Positions 10,083 to 23,200 of a stretch of 64,000 nt of DNA are shown here, piece by piece (the first letter of the stretch is position 1; each line of letters starts with the position of its first letter). A model generated the notes under the pieces. That model was not told the origin of the DNA. It saw only the letters and a list, made by a program, of their open reading frames with translations, and did no database searches. The stretch spans positions 374,294,001-374,358,000 of the forward strand of contig OZ024742.1 of the NCBI GenBank assembly GCA_964016885.1. The letters are read 5' to 3'. This DNA comes from Eledone cirrhosa (Eukaryota). A program made the translations under genes and the position numbers.

Positions 10083-11863
10083 TCTCTTTTATCAGTATTC
10101 TATCTCCCTCTCTCACTCTATCTCTTTTAGCAGTATTCTCTCTCTCTCTCTTTTACCAGTATTCTCTCTGTCTCTCTCTCTCTCTCTTTTACCAGTATTG
10201 TCTCTCTCTCACTCTCTCTTTTACCAGTATTGTCTCTCTCTCACTCTCTCTTTTACCAGTATTGTCTCTCTCTCACTCTCTCATTTACCAGTATTGTCTC
10301 TCTATCACTCTCTCTTTTACCAGCATTGTCCCTCTCTCCCTCTCTCCTTTACCAGTATTGTCTCTCTCTCACTCTCTCTTTTACCAGTATTGTCTCTCTC
10401 TCTCACTCTCACTTTTACCAGTATTGTCTTCTCTCACTCTCTCTTTTACCAGTATTGTCTCTCTCCCACTCTCTCTTTTACCAGTATTGTCTATCTCTCA
10501 CTCTCTCTTTTACCAGTATTGTCTCTCTCTATCTCTCTCTTTTACCAGTATTGTCTCTCTCTCACTCTCTCATTTACCATTATTGTCTCTCTCTCACTCT
10601 CTCATTTACCAGTATTGTCTCTCTCTCCCTCTCTTTTACCAGTATTGTCTCTCTCTCACTCTCTCTTTTACCTGTATTCTCTCTCTCGCACTCTCTCTTT
10701 TACCAGTTTTGTCTCTCTCTCACTCTCTCTTTTACCACTATTGTCTCTCTCTATCTCTCTCTTTTACCAGTATTGTCTCTCTCTCACTCTCTCTTTTACC
10801 AGTATTGTCTATCTCTCACTCTCTCTTTTACCACCATTGTCTCTCTCTCACTCTCTCATTTACCAGTATTGTCTCTCTCTCACTCTCTCTTTTACCCGTA
10901 TCGTCTATCTCTCACTCTCTCTTTTACCACTATTGTCTCTCTCTCACTCTCTCTTTTACCAGTATTGTCTCTCTCTCACTCTCTCTCTTTTACCAATATT
11001 GTCTCTCTCTCACTCTCTCTTTTACCAGTATTGTGTCACTCTCACTCTCTCCTTTACCACTATTGTCTCTCTCTCACTTTCTCTTTTACCAGTATTGTCT
11101 CTCTCTCACTCACTCTTTTACCAGTATTGTCTATCTCTCACTCTCTCTTTTACCAGTATTGTCTCTCTCTATCTCTCTCTTTTACCAGTATTGTCTCTCT
11201 CTCACTCTCTCTTTTACCAGTATTGTCTCTCTCTCACTCTCTTTTACCAGTATTGTCTCTCTCTCACTCTCTCTTTTACCAGTATTGTCTCTCTCTCACT
11301 CTCTTTTACCAGTATTGTCTCTCTCTCTATCTCTCTTTTACCAGTACTCTCTCTCTCTCTCTCTCACTCTCTTACTCTCTCTCTTTTACCAGTATTCTAT
11401 CTCCCTCTCTCACTCTCTCTCTTTTAGCAGTATTCTCTCTCTCTCTCTCTTACCAGTATTCTCTCTGTCTCTCTCTCTCTCTTTTACCAGTATTTTCTCT
11501 CTCTCACTCTCTCTTTTACCAGTATTGTCTCTCTCTCACTCTCTCATTTACCAGTATTGTCTCTCTCTCACTCTCTCATTTACCAGTATTGTCTTTCTCT
11601 CACACTCTCTCTTCTACCAGTATTGTCTCTCACTCTCATTCTCTCTTTTACAAGTATTGTCTTCTCTCACTCTCTCTTTTACCAGGATTGTCTCTCTCTC
11701 ACTCTCTCATTTACCAGTATTGTCTATCTCTCACTCTCTCCTTTACCAGTATTGTCTCTCTCTGTCTCACTCCCTCTTTTACCAGTATTGTCTCTCTCAC
11801 TCACTCTCCCTTTTACCAGCATTGTCTCTCTCTATCTCACCCCCTCTTTTACCAGTATCGTCT

Positions 11864-11911
<48 letters not shown>

Positions 11912-13186
11912 CAGTATTGTCTCTCTCTCACTCTCTCTCTTTTACCAGTATTGTCTCTCTCACTCTCTCTTTGACCAGTATAGTCTCTCTCTCTCACTCT
12001 CTCTATTACCAGTATTGTCTCTCTCTCACTCCCTCTTTTACCAGTATTATCTCTCTCTCACTCTCTCATTTACCAGTATTGTCTCTCTATCACTCTCTCT
12101 TTTACCAGTATTGTCTCTCTCTCCCTCTCTCCTTTACCAGTATTGTCTGTCTCTCACTCTCTCTTTTACCAGTATTGTCTCTCTCTCTCACTCTCTCTTT
12201 TACCAGTATTGTCTCTCACTCTCATTCTCTCTTTGACCAGTATTGTCTTCTCTCACTCTCTCTTTTACCAGTATTGTCTCTCTTTCACTCTCTCTCTTTT
12301 ACCAGTATTGTCTCTCTCTAACTCTCTCTTCTACCAGTATTGTCTCTCTTTCACTCTCTCTCTTTTACCAGTATTGTCTCTCTCTCACTCTCTCTTTTAC
12401 CAGTATTGTCTCTCTCTCACTCTCTCTCTTTTAACAGTATTGTCTCTCTCTCACTCTATCTTTTACCAGTATTGTCTCTCTCTCACTCTCTCCTTTACCA
12501 CTATTGTCTCTCTCTCACTTTCTCTTTTACCAGTATTGTCTCTCTCTCACTCTCTCTTTTACCAGTATTGTCTCTCTCTCACTCTCTTTTACCAGTATTG
12601 TCTCTCTCTCACTCTCTCTTTTACCAGTATTGTCTCTCTCTCCCTTTCTCTCTCTCTCTATCTCTCTTTTACCAGTACTCTCTCTCTCTCTCACTCTCTT
12701 ACTCTCTCTCTTTTACCAGTATTCTATCTCCCTCTCTCACTCTCTCTCTTTTAGCAGTATTCTCTCTCTCTCTTACCAGTATTCTCTCTGTCTCTCTCTC
12801 TCTCTTTTACCAGTATTGTCTCTCTCTCACTCTCTCTTTTACCAGTATTGTCTCTCTCTCACTCTCTCATTTACCAGTATTGTCTCTCTCTCACTCTCTC
12901 ATTTACCAGTATTGTCTTTCTCTCACACTCTCTCTTTTACCAGTATTGTCTCTCACTCTCATTCTCTCTTTTACAAGTATTGTCTTCTCTCACTCTCTCT
13001 TTTACCAGGATTGTCTCTCTCTCACTCTCTCATTTACCAGTATTGTCTATCTCTCACTCTCTCCTTTACCAGTATTGTCTCTCTCTGTCTCACTCCCTCT
13101 TTTACCAGTATTGTCTCTCTCACTCACTCTCCCTTTTACCAGCATTGTCTCTCTCTATCTCACCCCCTTTTTTACCAGTATTGTCT

Positions 13187-13227
<41 letters not shown>

Positions 13228-14209
13228 TACCAGTATTGTCTCTCTCTCACTCTCTCTCTTTTACCAGTATTGTCTCTCTCACTCTCTCTTTGACCAGTAT
13301 AGTCTCTCTCTCTCACTCTCTCTATTACCAGTATTGTCTCTCTCTCACTCCCTCTTTTACCAGTATTGTCTCTCTCTCACTCTCTCATTTACCAGTATTG
13401 TCTCTCTATCACTCTCTCTTTTACCAGTATTGTCTCTCTCTCCCTCTCTCCTTTACCAGTATTGTCTGTCTCTCACTCTCTCTTTTACCAGTATTGTCTC
13501 TCTCTCTCACTCTCTCTTTTACCAGTATTGTCTCTCACTCTCATTCTCTCTTTGACCAGTATTGTCTTCTCTCACTCTCTCTTTTACCAGTATTGTCTCT
13601 CTCTCACTCTCTCATTTACCAGTATTGTCTCTCTCTCACTCTCTCATTTACCAGTATCGTCTCACTCTCTATCTCTCTCTTTTACCAGTATCGTCTCACT
13701 CTCTATCTCTCTCTTTTACCAGTATTGTCTCTCTCTCACTCTCTCTTTTACCAGTATTGTCTCTCTCTCACTCTCTCATTTACCAGTATTGTCTCTCTAT
13801 CACTCTCTCTTTTACCAGTATTGTCTCTCTCTCCCTCTCTCCTTTACCAGTATTGTCTCTCTCTCTCTCTCTCTCTCTTTTACCAGTATTGTCTCTCTCT
13901 CACACTCTCTCTTTTACCAGTATTGTCTCTCACTCTCATTCTCTCTTTTACCAGTATTGTCTTCTCTCACTCTCTCTTTTACCAGTATAGTCTCTCTCTC
14001 ACTCTCTCATTTACCAGTATTGTCTCTCTCGCACTCTCTCATTTACCAGTATTGTCTCTCTCTCAATCTCTCATTTACCAGTATTGTCTCACTCTCTATC
14101 TCTCTCTTTTACCAGTATTGTCTCTCTCTCACTCTCTCTTTTACCAATATTGTCTCTCTCTCTCTGTTTTACCAGATTGTCTCTCTCTCTCCCTTTCTCT
14201 CTCTCTCTC

Positions 14210-14246
<37 letters not shown>

Positions 14247-17200
14247 AGTATTCTCTCTCTCTCTCTCTCACTCTCTCTCTTTTACCAGTATTCTATCTCC
14301 CTCTCTCACTCTCTCTCTTTTAGCAGTATTCTCTCTCTCTTTCTCTCTCTTTTACCAGTATTCTCTCTGTCTCTCTCTCTTTAGCAGTATTGTCTATCTC
14401 TCACTCTCTCTTTTACCAGTATTGTCTCTCTATCACTGTCTCTTTTACCAGTATTGTCTCTCTCTCCCTCTCTCCTTTACCAGTATTGTCTCTCTCTCAC
14501 TCTCTCTTTTACCAGTATTGTCTCTCTCTCACACTCTCTCTTTTACCAGTATTGTCTCTCACTCTCATTCTCTCTTTTACCAGTATTGTCTTCTCTCACT
14601 CTCTCTTTTACCAGTATAGTCTCTCTCTCACTCTCTCATTTACCAGTATTGTCTCTCTCTCACTCTCTCATTTACCAGTATTGTCTCTCTCTCAATCTCT
14701 CATTTACCAGTATTGTCTCTCTCTCACTCTCTCATTTACCAGTATTAACTCTCTCTCACTCTCTCATTTACCAGTATTGTCTCTCTCTCACTCTCTTTTA
14801 CCAGTATTGTCTCTCTCTCACTCTCTTTTACCAGTATTGTCTCTCTCTCACTCTCTCTTTTACCTGTATTGTCTCTCTCTCACTCTCTCTTTTACCAGTC
14901 TTGTCTCTCTCCCACTCTCTCTTTTACCAGTATTGTCTCTCTCTCACTCTCTCTCTTTTACCAGTATTGTCTCTCTCTCACTCTCTCTGTTACCAGTATT
15001 GTCTCTCTCTCACTCTCTCTTTCACCAGTATTGTCTCTCTCTCTCTGTCTTTTACCAGTATTGTCTCTCTCTCACTCTCTATTTTACCAGTATTGTCTCT
15101 CTCTCACTCTCTTTTACCAGTATTGTCTCTCTCTCACTCTCTTTTACCAGTATTGTCTCTCTCTCACTCTCTCTCTTTTAACAGTATTGTCTCTCTCTCA
15201 CTCTCTCTTTCACCAGTATTGTCTCTCTCTCACTCTCTCTCTTTTACCAGTATTGTCTCTCTCTCACTCTCTCTGTTCCCAGTATTGTCTCTCTCTCACT
15301 CTCTCTTTCACCAGTATTGTCTCTCTCTCTCTGTCTTTTACCAGTATTGTCTCTCTCTCACTCTCTATTTTACCACTATTGTCTCTCTCTTACTCTCTCT
15401 TTTAACAGTATTGTCTCTCTCTCACTCTCTCTTTTACCAGTATTCTCTCTCTCTCTCTTTTACCAGTATTGTCTCTCTCTCACTCTCTTTTTTACCAGTA
15501 TTGTCTCTCTCTCACTCTCTCTTTTGCCAGTATTGTCTCTCTCTCACTCTCTCTTTTACCAGTATTGTCTCCCTCTCACTCTCTCTTTCACCAGTATTGT
15601 CTCTCTCTCACTCTCTCTCATTTACCAGCATTGTCTATCTCTCACTCTCTCCTTTACCAGTATTGTCTCTCCCTCACTCCCTTTCTTTTACCAGTATTGT
15701 CTAGCTCTATCTCTCTCTTTTACCAGTATTGTCTCTCTCTCACTCTCTCTCTTTTACCAGTATTGTCTCTCTCTCACTCTCTATTTCACCAGTATTGTCT
15801 CTCACTCACTCTCTCTCTTTTACCAGTATTGTCTATCTCTCACTCTCTCCTTTACCAGTATTGTCTCTCTCTCACTCCCTCTCTTTTACCAGCATTGTCT
15901 ATCTCTATCTCTCTCTTTTACCAGTATTGTCTCTCTTTCACTCTCTCTCTTTTACCAGTATTGTCTCTCTCGAACTCTCTCTTCCACCAGTATTGTCTCT
16001 CTCTCACTCTCTCTTTTACCAGTATTGTCTCTCTCTCACTCTCTCTTTTACCAGTATTGTCTCTCTCTCACTCTCTCTCTTTTAACAGTATTGTCTCTCT
16101 CTCACTCTATCTTTTACCAGTATTGTCTCTCTCTCACTCTCTCTTTCAACAGTATTGTCTCTCTCTCACTCTCTCTCTTTTACCAGTATTGTCTCTCTCT
16201 CACTCTCTCTGTTACCAGTATTGTCTCTCTCTCACTCTCTCTTTCACCAGTATTGTCTCTCTCTCACTCTCTTTTACCAGTATTGTCTCTCTCTCACTCT
16301 CACTTTTACCAGTATTGTCTATCTCTCTCTCTCTCTTTTACCAATTTTGTCTCTCTCTCACTCTCTATTTTACCACTATTGTCTCTCTCTCACTCTCTCT
16401 TTTACCAGTATTGTCTCTCTCTCACTCTCTCTTTTACCAGTATTGTCTCTCTCTCGCTCTCTCCTTTAGCAGTATTATCTCTCTCTCACTCTCTCCTTTA
16501 CCAGTATTGTTTCTCTCTCACTCCCTTCCTTTTACTAGTATTGTCTAGCTCTATGTCTCTCTTTTACCAGTATTGTCTCTCTCTCACTCTCTCTCATTTA
16601 CCAGTATTGTCTCTCTCTCACTCTCTCATTTACCAGCATTCTCTCTCTGTCACTCTGTCTCTTTAACCAGTATTGTCTCTCTCTCACTCTCTCTCTTTTA
16701 CCAGCATTGTCTATCTCTATCTCTCTCTTTTACCAGTATTGTCTCTCTTTCACTCTCTCTCTTTTACCAGTATTGTCTCTCTCTAAATCTCTCTTCCACC
16801 AGTATTGTCTCTCTCTCACTCTCTCTTTTACCAGTATTGTCTCTCTCACACTCTCTCTTTCACCAGTATTGTCTCTCTCTCACTCTCTCTCTTTTACCAG
16901 CATTGTCTATCTCTATCTCTCTCTTTTACCAGTATTGTCTCTCTTTCACTCTCTCTCTTTTACCAGTATTGTCTCTCTCTCACTCTCTCTTCTACCAGTA
17001 TTGTCTCTCTCTCACTCTCTCTTTTACCAGTATTGTCTCTCTCTCACTCTCTCCTTTACCAGTATTATCTCTGTCTCACTCTCTCCTTTACCAGTATTGT
17101 CTCGCTCTCACTCTCTCTTTTACCAGTATTGTCTCTCTCTCACTCTCTCTCTTTTACCAGTATTGTCTATCTCTCACTCTCTCCTTTACCAGTATTTTCT

Positions 17201-20200
17201 CTCTCTCACTCCCTTTCTTTTACCAGTATTGTCTAGCTCTATCTCTCTCTTTTACTAGTATTGTCTCTCTCTCACTCTCTCTTTTACAAGTATTGTCTCT
17301 CTCTCACTCTCTCTTTTACCAGTATTGTCTCTCTCTCACTCTCTCCTTTACCAGTATTATCTCTCTCTCACTCTCTCCTTTACCAGTATTGTCTCTCTCT
17401 CACTCTCTCTTTTACCTGTATTGTCTATCTCTCACTCTCTCTTTTACCAGTATCGTCTCTCCCTCACTCTCTCTCTTTTACTAGTATTGTCTCTCTCTCT
17501 CACACTCTCTCTTTTACCAGTATTATCTCTATCCCTCACTCTCTCTCTTTTACCAGTATTGTCTCTCTCTCACTCTCACCTTTAGCAGTATTGTCTCTCT
17601 CTCACTCTCTCTCTTTTACCAGTATTATCGCTATCCATCACTCTCTCTCTTTTACCAGTATTGTCTCTCTCTAGCTCTCTCTCTTTTACCAGTATTGTCT
17701 CACTCTCACTCTCTCTCTTTATCAGTATTGGCTCTCTCTCACTCTCTCTCTTTTACCAGTATTGTCTCTCTCTCACTCTCTCTCTTTTACCAGTATTGTA
17801 TATAGTCTCTCTCTTTTAACAGTATTGTCTCTCTCTCTCACTCTCTCTTTCACCAGTATTGTCTCTCTCTCACTTTCTCTCTTTTACCAGTATTGTCTCT
17901 CTCTCACACTCTCTTTTACCAGTATTGTCTCTCTCTCACTCTCTCTTTTACCAGTATTGTCTATCTCTCTTTCTCTCTTTTACCAGTATTGTCTCTCTCT
18001 CACTCTCTATTTTACCACTATTGTCTCTCTCTCACTCTCTCTTTTACCAGTATTGTCTCTCTCTCACTCTCTCTTTTACCAGTATTGTCTGTCTCTCACT
18101 CTCTCCTTTAGCAGTATTATCTCTCTCTCACTCTCTCCTTTACCAGTATTGTTTCTCTCTCACTCCCTTTCTTTTATCAGTATTGTCTAGCTCTATCTCT
18201 CTCTTTTGCCAGTATTGTCTCTCTCTCACTCTCTCTCTCTTACCAGTATTGTCTCTCTCTCACTCTCTCATTTACCAGCATTGTCTCTCTGTCACTCTGT
18301 CTCTTTAACCAGTATTGTCTCTCTCTCACTCTCTCCCTTTTACCAGTATTGTCTCTCTCTCACTCTCTCTTTCACCTGTATTGTCTCTCTCTCACTCTCT
18401 CTCTTTTACCAGTATTGTCTATCTCTCACTCTCTCCTTTACCAGTATTGTCTCTCTCTCACTCCCTCTCTTTTACCAACATTGTCTATCTCTATCTCTCT
18501 CTTTTACCAGTATTGTCTCTCTTTCACTCTCTCTCTAAAACCAGTATTGTCTCTCTCTCACTCTCTCTTCTACCAGTATTGTCTCTCTCTCACTCTCTCT
18601 TTTACCAGTATTGTCTCTCTCTCACTCTCTCCTTTACCAGTATTATCTCTCTCTCACTCTCTATTTTACCAGTATTGTCTCTCTCTCACTCTCTCTTTCA
18701 CCAGTATTGTCTCTCTCTCTATCTCTCTTTTACCAGTATTGTCTATCTCTCACTCTCTCCTTTACCAGTATTGTCTCTCTCTCACTCCCTTTCTTTTACC
18801 AGTATTGTCTAGCTCTATCTCTCTCTTTTGCCAGTATTGTCTCTCTCTCACTCTCTCTCTTTTACCAGTATTGTCTCTCTCTCACTCTCTCCTTTACCAG
18901 TATTATCTCTCTCTCACTCTCTCCTTTACCAGTATTGTCTCTCTCTCACTCTCTCTTTTACCTGTATTGTCTATCTCTCACTCTCTCTTTTACCAGTATT
19001 GTCTCTCCCTCACCCTCTCTCTTTTACCAGTATTGTCTCTCTCTCTCACACTCTCTCTTTTAACAGTATTGTCTCCTTCTCACTCTCTCTTTCACCAGTA
19101 TTGTCTCTCTCTCACTCTCTCTTTTTTACCAGTATTATCTCTATCCCTCACTCTCTCTCTTTTACCAGTATTGTCTCTCTCTCACTCTCACCTTTACCAG
19201 TATTGTCTCTCTCTCACTCTCTCTCTTTTACCAGTATTATCTCTATCCATCACTCTCTCTCTTTTACCAGTATTGTCTCTTTCTCACTCTCCCTTTCACC
19301 AGTATTGTCTCTCTCTAGCTCTCTCTCTTTTACCAGTATTGTCTCACTCTTACTCTCTCTCTTTTACCAGTATTGTATATCTGTCTCTCTCTTTTAACAG
19401 TATTGTCTCTCTCTTACTCTCTCTTTCACCAGTATTGTCTCTCTCTCACTTTCTCTTTCACCAGTATTGTCTCTCTCTCACTCTCTCTCTTTTACCAGTA
19501 TTGTCTATCTCTCACTCTCTCCTTTACCAGTATTGTCTCTCTCTCACTCCCTCTCTTGTACCAGTATTGTCTCTCTCTCACTCCCTTTCTGTTACCAGTA
19601 TTGTCTATCTCTCACTCTCTCTTTTCCCACTATTGTCTCTCTCTCACTCTCTCTTTTACCAGTATTGTCTCACTCTCACTCTCTCTTTTACCAGTATCGT
19701 CTACCTCTCACTGTCTCTTTTACCACTATTATCTCTCTCTCACTCTCTCTCTTTTACCAGTTATGTCTCTCTCTCACTCTCTCTCTTTTACCAGTATTGT
19801 CTCTCTCTCACACTCTCTTTTACCTGTATTGTCTATCTCTCACTCTCTCTTTTACCAGTATTGTCTCTCTCTCTCACTCTCTCTTTTACCAGTATTGTCT
19901 CTCTCTCACTCTCTCTCTTTTACCAGTATTGTCTCTCTCTCACTCTCTCTTTCACCAGTATTGTCTCTCTCTCACTCTCTCTCTTTTACCAGTATTGTCT
20001 ATCTCTCACTCTCTCCTTTACCAGTATTGTCTCTCTCTCACTCCCTCTCTTGTACCAGTATTGTCTCTCTCTCACTCTCTCTCTTTTACCAGTTTTGTCT
20101 CTCTCTCACTCTCTCCTTTACCAGTATTGTCTCTCTCTCACTCTCTCTTTTACCTGTATTGTCTATCTCTCACTCTCTCTTTTACCAGTATTGTCTCTCC

Positions 20201-23200
20201 CTCACTCTCTCTCTTTTACCAGTATTGTCTCTCTCTCTCACTCTCTCTTTTACCAGTATTGTCTCTCTCTCACTCTCTCCTTTACCAGTATTATCTCTCT
20301 CTCACTCTCTCCTTTACTAGTATTGTCTCTCTCTCACTCTCTCTTTGACCTGTATTGTCTATCTCTCACTCTCTCTTTTACCAGTATTGTCTCTCCCTCA
20401 CTCTCTCTCTTTTACCAGTATTGTCTCTCCCTCTCACACTCTCTCTTTTACCAGTATTGTCTCCTTCTCACTCTCTCTTTCACCAGTATTGTCTCTCTCT
20501 CATTCTCTCTTTTTTACCAGTATTATCTCTATCCCTCACTCTCTCTCTTTTACCAGTATTGTCTCTCTCTCATTCTCACATTTACCAGTATTGTCTCTCT
20601 CTCACTCTCTCTCTTTTACCAGTATTATCTCTATCCCGCACTCTCTCTCTTTTACCAGTATTGTCTCTCTCTCACTCTCTCTTTCACCAGTATTGTCTCT
20701 CTCTCACTCTCTCTCTTTTACCAGTATTGTCTATCTCTAACTCTCTCTCTTCTACCAGTATTGTCTCTTTCTCACTCTCTCTTTTACATGTATTGTCTCT
20801 CACTCACTCTCTCTTTTACCAGTATTGTCTCTCTCTCACTCTCTATTTTACCAGTATTGTCTATCTCTCACTATCTCTTTTACCACAATTGTCTCTCTCT
20901 CACTCTCTCTTTTACCAGTATTGTCTCTCTCTCACTCTCTCTCTTTTACCTGTATTGTCTCTCTCTCACTCTCTCTTTTACCAGTATTGTCTCTCTATCA
21001 CTCTCTCTTTTACCAGTATTGTCTCTCTCTCACTCTCTCCTTTACCAGTATTATCTCTCTCTCACTCTCTCCTTTACCAGTATTGTCTCTCTGTCACTCC
21101 TTTTCTTTTACCTGTATTGTCTCTCCTTACTCTCACTTTTACCAGTATTGTCTCTCTCTCACTCTCTCTTTTACCTGTATTGTCTCTCTCTCACTCTCGC
21201 TTTTACCAGTATTGTCTCCTTCTCACTCTCTATTTTACCAGTATTGTCTATCTTTCACTCTCTCTTTTACCACTATTGTCTCTCTCTCACTCTCTCTTTA
21301 ACCAGTAATGTCTCTCTCTCACTCTCTCTCTTTTACCAGTATTGTCTCTCTCTCACTCTCTCTTTCACCAGTATTGTCTCTCTCTCACTCTCTCTCTTTT
21401 ACCAGTATTGTTTATCTCTCATTCTCTCTTTTACCATTATTGTCTCTCCCTTACTCTCTCTTTTACCAGTATTGTCTCATTCTCACTCTCTCTCTTTTAC
21501 CAGTATTGTCTCACTCTCACTCTCTCTCTTTTACCAGTATTGTCTCTCTCTCACTCTCTCTTTCACCAGTATTGTCTCTCTCTCACTCTCTCTCTTTTAC
21601 CAGTATTGTCTATCTCTCACTCTCTCTTTTACCACTATTGTCTCTCTCTCTCTCTCTTTTACCAGTATTGTCTCTCTCTCACTCTCTCTTTTACCAGTAT
21701 CGTTTATCTCTCATTCTCCCTTTTACCAGTATTGTCTCTCCCTTACTCTCTCTTTTACCAGTATTGTCTCACTCTCACTCTCTCTCTTTTACCAGTATTG
21801 TCTCTCTCTCACTTTCTCTTTTACCTGTATTGTCTCTCTCTCATTCGCTCTTTTACCAGTATTGTCTCTCTCTCACTCTCTCTTTTACCAGAATTATATC
21901 TCTCTCAATCTCTCCTTTACCAGTATTGTCTCTCTCTCACTCTCTCTTTTACCTGTATTGTCTATCTCTCACTCTCTCTTTTACCAGTATTGTCTCTCTC
22001 TCACTCTCTCCTTTACCAGTATTGTCTCTATCCCTCATTCTCTCTCTTTTACCAGTATTGTCTCTCTCTCACTCTCTCTTTCACCAGTACTGGCTCTCTC
22101 TCACTCTCTCTCTTTTACCAGTATTGTCTATCTCTCACTCTCTCTCTTTTACCAGTATTGTCTATCTCTCACTCTCTCTCTTTTACCAGTATTGTCTCTC
22201 CCTCACTCTCTCTTTTACCAGTATTGTCTATCTCTCACTCTCTCTCTTACCACTATTGTCTCTCTCTCACTCTCTTTTACCAGTATTGTCTCTCTCTCAC
22301 TCTCCCTTTTACCAGTATCGTCTATCACTCACTCTCTCTTTTACCACTATTGTCTCTCTCTGACTCTCTCTTTTACCAGTATTGTCTCTCACTCATTCTC
22401 TCTCTTTTACCAGTATTGTCTCTCTCTCACTCTCTCTCTTTTACCAGTATTGTCTCTCTCTCACTCTCTCTGTTTTACCAGTATTGTCTCTCTCTCACTC
22501 TCTCCTTTACCAGTATTTTCTCTCTCTCACTCTCTCCTTTACCAGTATTGTCTCTCTCTCACTCTCTCTTTCACCAGTATTGTCTCTCTCTCACTCTCTC
22601 TCTTTTACCAGTATTGTCTATCTCTCACTCTCTCCTTTACCAGTATTGTCTCTCTGTCACTACCTTTCTTTTGCCAGTATTGTCTAGCTCTATCTCTCTC
22701 TTTTACCAGTATTGTCTCTCTCTCACTCTCTCTTTTACAAGTATTGTCTCTCTCTCACTCTCTCTTTTACCAGTATTGTCTCTCTCTCACTCTCTCCTTT
22801 ACCAGTATTATCTCTCTCTCACTCTCTCTCTTTTACCAGTATTGTCTCTCTCTCTCACTCTCTCTTTTACCAGTATTGTCTCTCTCTCACTCTCTCCTTT
22901 ACCAGTATTATCTCTCTCTCACTCTCTCCTTTACTAGTATTGTCTCTCTCTCACTCTCTCTTTGACCTGTATTGTCTATCTCTCACTCTCTCTTTTACCA
23001 GTATTGTCTCTCCCTCACTCTCTCTCTTTTACCAGTATTGTCTCTCCCTCTCACACTCTCTCTTTTACCAGTATTGTCTCCTTCTCACTCTCTCTTTCAC
23101 CAGTATTGTCTCTCTCTCATTCTCTCTTTTTTTACCAGTATTATCTCTATCCCTCACTCTCTCTCTCTTTTACCAGTATTGTCTCTCTCTCATTCTCACA

